This document shows, in pieces, positions 37,549-40,644 of a DNA stretch of 40,644 nt. Within the stretch, counting starts at the first letter, position 1. Every line of letters starts with the position of its first letter. Position numbers and translations under genes: made by a program. The notes under the pieces were generated by a model that was not told the origin of the DNA, did no database searches, and saw only the letters and a program-made list of their open reading frames with translations. The DNA comes from a virus. The stretch is from the UHGV virus genome UHGV-0202126. One strand, given 5' to 3'.

Positions 37549-37782
37549 ATGGATAAAACGCAAAAAATTAATTTCAATGGTGGGTATGTGGAACTTTTTG
37601 TTCCGCTTCCACCTGTTTATGAATTAGGAAAATGGAAGATAAGAGTAATAGGAAAAGTAATTGGCTCTAATGAAATTACAAAAGCCGAAGGAAAGCGAAT
37701 CCTTATCAAAAAAGGATTCACTACCAACGGCAATAAAGAATGGGAGTTCTATAAAAATCTTACGATTTTGTACGACTTGTAA
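37549..37782 (+). CDS. hypothetical protein (77 aa)
   Basis: RBS GGAGAG upstream. Its 3' end overlaps the convergent minus-strand gene by 23 nt. Confidence 0.45.
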   Translation: MDKTQKINFNGGYVELFVPLPPVYELGKWKIRVIGKVIGSNEITKAEGKRILIKKGFTTNGNKEWEFYKNLTILYDL

Positions 37783-38473
37783 ATTCAATTGCTTCATCTG
37801 CTTTAAGTTCAGCTGAAATGAATAGTGCAGTGGCAGTAAGGAATCCCTTCATGTCTTGGATGTTTTTATCTTCATGGACTCTTACAAAATGGGTTTCATC
37901 ATTGCCAATCCAGACTGCTGCTTTAGCAAGAGCTTGAATTTTAGGAAATTCTGAAAGATTTTCATCAATTACTTTCCCTAAAAATTTTGATTTCACATTA
38001 TCCTCATTTTCTGGCTGTTTATGAATAACGTATTCCTTGATTAAAAATTCAATGGCTTTTCTATACCCAATTCCTGCAATTTGATCTAATCCTTGTGCTT
38101 CCGCTTCTAAAGATTGCTCATAAATGGTTTTGAATGCTGGAAAAGTGATGTTTACAATTTCTGGGAGATTGTTTACATGTTTAACCTTATAAGTATAAGG
38201 TATTTTCTTACCAATTTCTGCAATAGTTGATGAGCCAAAACTATTTTTTCTAAATGGAAATGCTTGAATATGAAATTTTTTACAGTTTCTCCGTGGGCAC
38301 TGCACAAAAAAAGCAACAGCATTTTCTAAATTATTAAAAGAATCATATGTCATTGATGAGAAAACGATTTGGGAACCTGGTTGTCCACAATGAGGACAAA
38401 ATTCATCAATATCAAACTCGTCTGAGGAAGTTGAGGAAGTTTGGGGATAGCGTACAGTTAGTGTTTGTTTCAT
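37760..38473 (-). CDS. zinc-ribbon + DUF4145-like protein (antisense moron, candidate defence/abortive-infection factor)
   Basis: 237 aa. N-terminal CPHCG...CPRRNC four-cysteine ribbon. C-terminal YRKAIEFLIKEYV...AKAAVWIGNDETHFVRVHE resembles the DUF4145 GN..aH core. Own extended -10 promoter. Opposite orientation to all neighbouring genes. Confidence 0.55.
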   Translation of the reverse strand: MKQTLTVRYPQTSSTSSDEFDIDEFCPHCGQPGSQIVFSSMTYDSFNNLENAVAFFVQCPRRNCKKFHIQAFPFRKNSFGSSTIAEIGKKIPYTYKVKHVNNLPEIVNITFPAFKTIYEQSLEAEAQGLDQIAGIGYRKAIEFLIKEYVIHKQPENEDNVKSKFLGKVIDENLSEFPKIQALAKAAVWIGNDETHFVRVHEDKNIQDMKGFLTATALFISAELKADEAIEFTSRTKS

Positions 38474-38510
38474 TGTATAAACTACATCTCCTACAAAATT
38501 ATTTATCTGA

Positions 38511-38519
38511 ATTATATCA
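38511..38519 (-). promoter_or_regulatory. extended -10 promoter (TGATATAAT, minus strand) of the DUF4145-like gene
   Basis: The reverse complement of 38511-38519 is TGATATAAT. It lies about 40 nt upstream of the ATG at 38473. Same 9-mer as the YbjQ moron promoter. Confidence 0.45.
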
Positions 38520-38538
38520 GTAAAGAAAGGAATTTTCT

Positions 38539-40128
38539 ATGCAACTAAGACCTTATCAACAGGAAGCGCGAGAAGCTATCCAGCAGCAGTGGAAAGACGA
38601 AAAGAAACGAACTCTTTTAGTTCTCCCCACCGGATGCGGAAAGACAATCGTATTCAGTAAGGTCATCGAGGATCGAGTGAAAAAGGGCGAGCGTGTGCTC
38701 GTCCTAGCTCATCGCGGTGAATTACTTGACCAAGCTTCTGACAAGCTACAAAAGTCCACAGGACTTAAAACTGCAACCGAAAAAGCAGACCAAACTAGTA
38801 TCGGAAGTTTTTTCAGAGTAGTCGTCGGATCTGTTCAAACTTTAATGAGAGAAAAACGCTTATCACAATTTCCACCTAATTTTTTCGACACGATCGTAGT
38901 AGACGAAGCACACCATTGTATCAGTGATGGCTACCAACGAGTATTGAAACACTTTGAAAATGCAAATGTCTTAGGTGTTACAGCAACACCCGATCGTGGA
39001 GATATGCGGAATTTGGGATCGTACTTTGAAAGTTTGGCCTATGAGTATTCATTACCACAGGCAATCAAAGAAGGATACTTATCACCAATTAAGGCACTTA
39101 CTTTACCCCTAAAACTAGATTTATCAGCAGTAAAACAACAGGCTGGGGATTTTTCAACTAAAGACTTAGGAACGGCACTTGATCCCTATTTACATCAAAT
39201 TGCAGACGAAATGGCAAAACACTGTAAAGACAGGAAGTCAGTGGTTTTCTTGCCATTAGTAAAAACGTCCAAAAAGTTTCGTGATATTTTAAACGATCGT
39301 GGGTTTAGAGCTGCAGAAGTTAATGGAGAATCTAAAGATCGCGCTGAAATTTTGGAGGACTTTGATCATGACAGATACAACGTCCTTTGTAATTCGATGT
39401 TGCTTACAGAGGGTTGGGACTGCCCGAGTGTCGATTGTATTGTAGTTCTTCGACCAACAAAAGTTCGTTCTCTATATTCACAAATGGTTGGACGGGGAAC
39501 ACGACTAAATGAAGGCAAAGAAGAATTGCTTCTATTAGATTTCTTGTGGCATACAGAGCGTCACGAGCTATGCCATCCAGCCCACTTGATTGCCAGCACT
39601 GACGAAGTCGCTAAGAAAATGACTGAGAATATCGAAGAATCTAGCGAAACAGGTTTTGCTATCGATCTTGAGGAGGCAGAGGTGCAAGCAGAAAAAGACG
39701 TTGTTTCCGAACGTGAAGAAGCGTTGGCGAAGCAGTTAGCAGAAATGCGAAAGCGAAAACGCAAGCTTGTTGATCCGCTTCAATTTGAAATGTCAATCCA
39801 GGCAGAAGATTTATCAAGTTATGTTCCATCATTTGGATGGGAAATGGCACCGCCATCTGATAAGCAAGTATCAGCGTTAGAGAAATTGGGGATTTTGCCA
39901 GATCAGATTGATAATGCCGGCAAAGCGGCTAAAATGTTAGATCGCTTAGAAAGACGACGCGTAGAGGGGTTAGCCACTCCTAAACAAATTAGACAGCTTG
40001 AACAACGTGGCTTCCTGAACGTGGGTACGTGGAGTTTTGAATCTGCTAGTAAAATGATCGGACGGATTGCAGCTAACGGCTGGAGACTACCTCAAGGAAT
40101 CACTCCAAGTACGTACACAGAGGAGTAG
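38539..40128 (+). CDS. DEAD/DEAH-box (SF2) DNA helicase
   Basis: 529 aa. Motif I LPTGCGKT. Motif II VVDEAHH. Motif VI QMVGRGTR. Part of the replication module. Confidence 0.8.
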   Translation: MQLRPYQQEAREAIQQQWKDEKKRTLLVLPTGCGKTIVFSKVIEDRVKKGERVLVLAHRGELLDQASDKLQKSTGLKTATEKADQTSIGSFFRVVVGSVQTLMREKRLSQFPPNFFDTIVVDEAHHCISDGYQRVLKHFENANVLGVTATPDRGDMRNLGSYFESLAYEYSLPQAIKEGYLSPIKALTLPLKLDLSAVKQQAGDFSTKDLGTALDPYLHQIADEMAKHCKDRKSVVFLPLVKTSKKFRDILNDRGFRAAEVNGESKDRAEILEDFDHDRYNVLCNSMLLTEGWDCPSVDCIVVLRPTKVRSLYSQMVGRGTRLNEGKEELLLLDFLWHTERHELCHPAHLIASTDEVAKKMTENIEESSETGFAIDLEEAEVQAEKDVVSEREEALAKQLAEMRKRKRKLVDPLQFEMSIQAEDLSSYVPSFGWEMAPPSDKQVSALEKLGILPDQIDNAGKAAKMLDRLERRRVEGLATPKQIRQLEQRGFLNVGTWSFESASKMIGRIAANGWRLPQGITPSTYTEE

Positions 40129-40131
40129 CCT

Positions 40132-40353
40132 ATGCCGAAAAAAAAGATCAGACAAATCGCAGAAAAGTATGGATATTATCGACTTAAAAACTATCGCCAA
40201 TGGGATGAAATTCATTTTTCTGCAGAGGTAAACGGAATTGTGATCGTTGTAAATATTTCATCAGGGGAATTGTTTGAAAGAAATCCGTTTACTAAACGGC
40301 TAGTGAAGAAGCAGGAGGAGGTAAAAAATGGTATTACAAAAACCGATTTATAA
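40132..40353 (+). CDS. hypothetical protein (73 aa)
   Basis: Starts 4 nt after the helicase stop. Basic N-terminus. Confidence 0.45.
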   Translation: MPKKKIRQIAEKYGYYRLKNYRQWDEIHFSAEVNGIVIVVNISSGELFERNPFTKRLVKKQEEVKNGITKTDL

Positions 40354-40449
40354 AGTAAGCGAAAATTGTAAAGAATCAGTACTGGTTCTTGAATAAGGAA
40401 GGGTATGCCGAAAGAGTAAGCTAACGGAGGATATGAAGGAGATTATTGA

Positions 40450-40611
40450 ATGAATCTATATCAAGTTTGGTACACAAAAACTGATAATAAATCATATACA
40501 AAGGCTGAGAAAGCAGATAACGAGGAACGTGCAAAGATTCAGGTTTTTGAGAAAGTTGACAATGTGGTTGAAATTGTCGAGATCAAGAAATTAGGATCGA
40601 TTGTAGGTTAG
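40450..40611 (+). CDS. hypothetical small protein (53 aa)
   Basis: RBS GGAGG.. upstream of ATG 40450. Below the ORF-track cut-off. Confidence 0.35.
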   Translation: MNLYQVWYTKTDNKSYTKAEKADNEERAKIQVFEKVDNVVEIVEIKKLGSIVG

Positions 40612-40644
40612 TTCCACAATCGACAACTATCAAGGAGTTTTTTT

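Noticed and set aside
1-40644. CRISPR arrays, rRNA genes, transposases or insertion sequences
   Set aside because: No regularly spaced short direct repeats, rRNA-like conserved blocks or transposase DDE motifs were seen anywhere in the window.

Overview
The window reads as a complete, or nearly complete, temperate siphovirus-type genome from a low-GC Firmicutes host (it looks like Lactobacillales, e.g. Enterococcus or Listeria). It is probably circularly permuted: the last 13 nt (AAGGAG + T7) form a ribosome-binding site for the ATG at base 1. With the window wrapped, gene order runs in eight blocks. (1) A tyrosine integrase with an AP2/arm-binding N-terminus (28929-30158, minus strand) lies beside a tRNA-like element and a probable attP. 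(2) An ImmA-like HEXXH protease and an XRE cI-like repressor (minus strand) face a Cro-like gene across a switch region with three copies of the operator TTCTATCCAA and two face-to-face promoters. (3) A Rha-family antirepressor is cut by one in-frame TAA. (4) A recombination/replication module carries an SMC-like ATPase, a Sak4-like AAA_24 protein, a DUF669-like protein and a DEAH helicase; an antisense zinc-ribbon/DUF4145-like moron with its own promoter sits inside it. (5) A run of small ORFs spans the window ends, followed by a prim-pol/helicase, RusA and an ArpU-like late regulator. (6) A self-contained YbjQ/UPF0145 moron sits just before the terminase genes. (7) The morphogenesis genes are TerS, TerL, portal, MuF-like minor head, scaffold, major capsid, connectors, major tail with a -1 frame extension, G/GT chaperones with a visible T_TTT_TTC slip site, a 1489-aa tape measure, Dit, Tal, and a BppU-like receptor-binding protein with a C-terminal GDPD domain. 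(8) The lysis cassette is XhlA-like, holin, and a signal-peptide GH25-like endolysin with an SH3b-like domain and two LysM repeats. I saw no CRISPR array and no rRNA. All product calls rest on motifs read by eye from the supplied translations; no database search was run.
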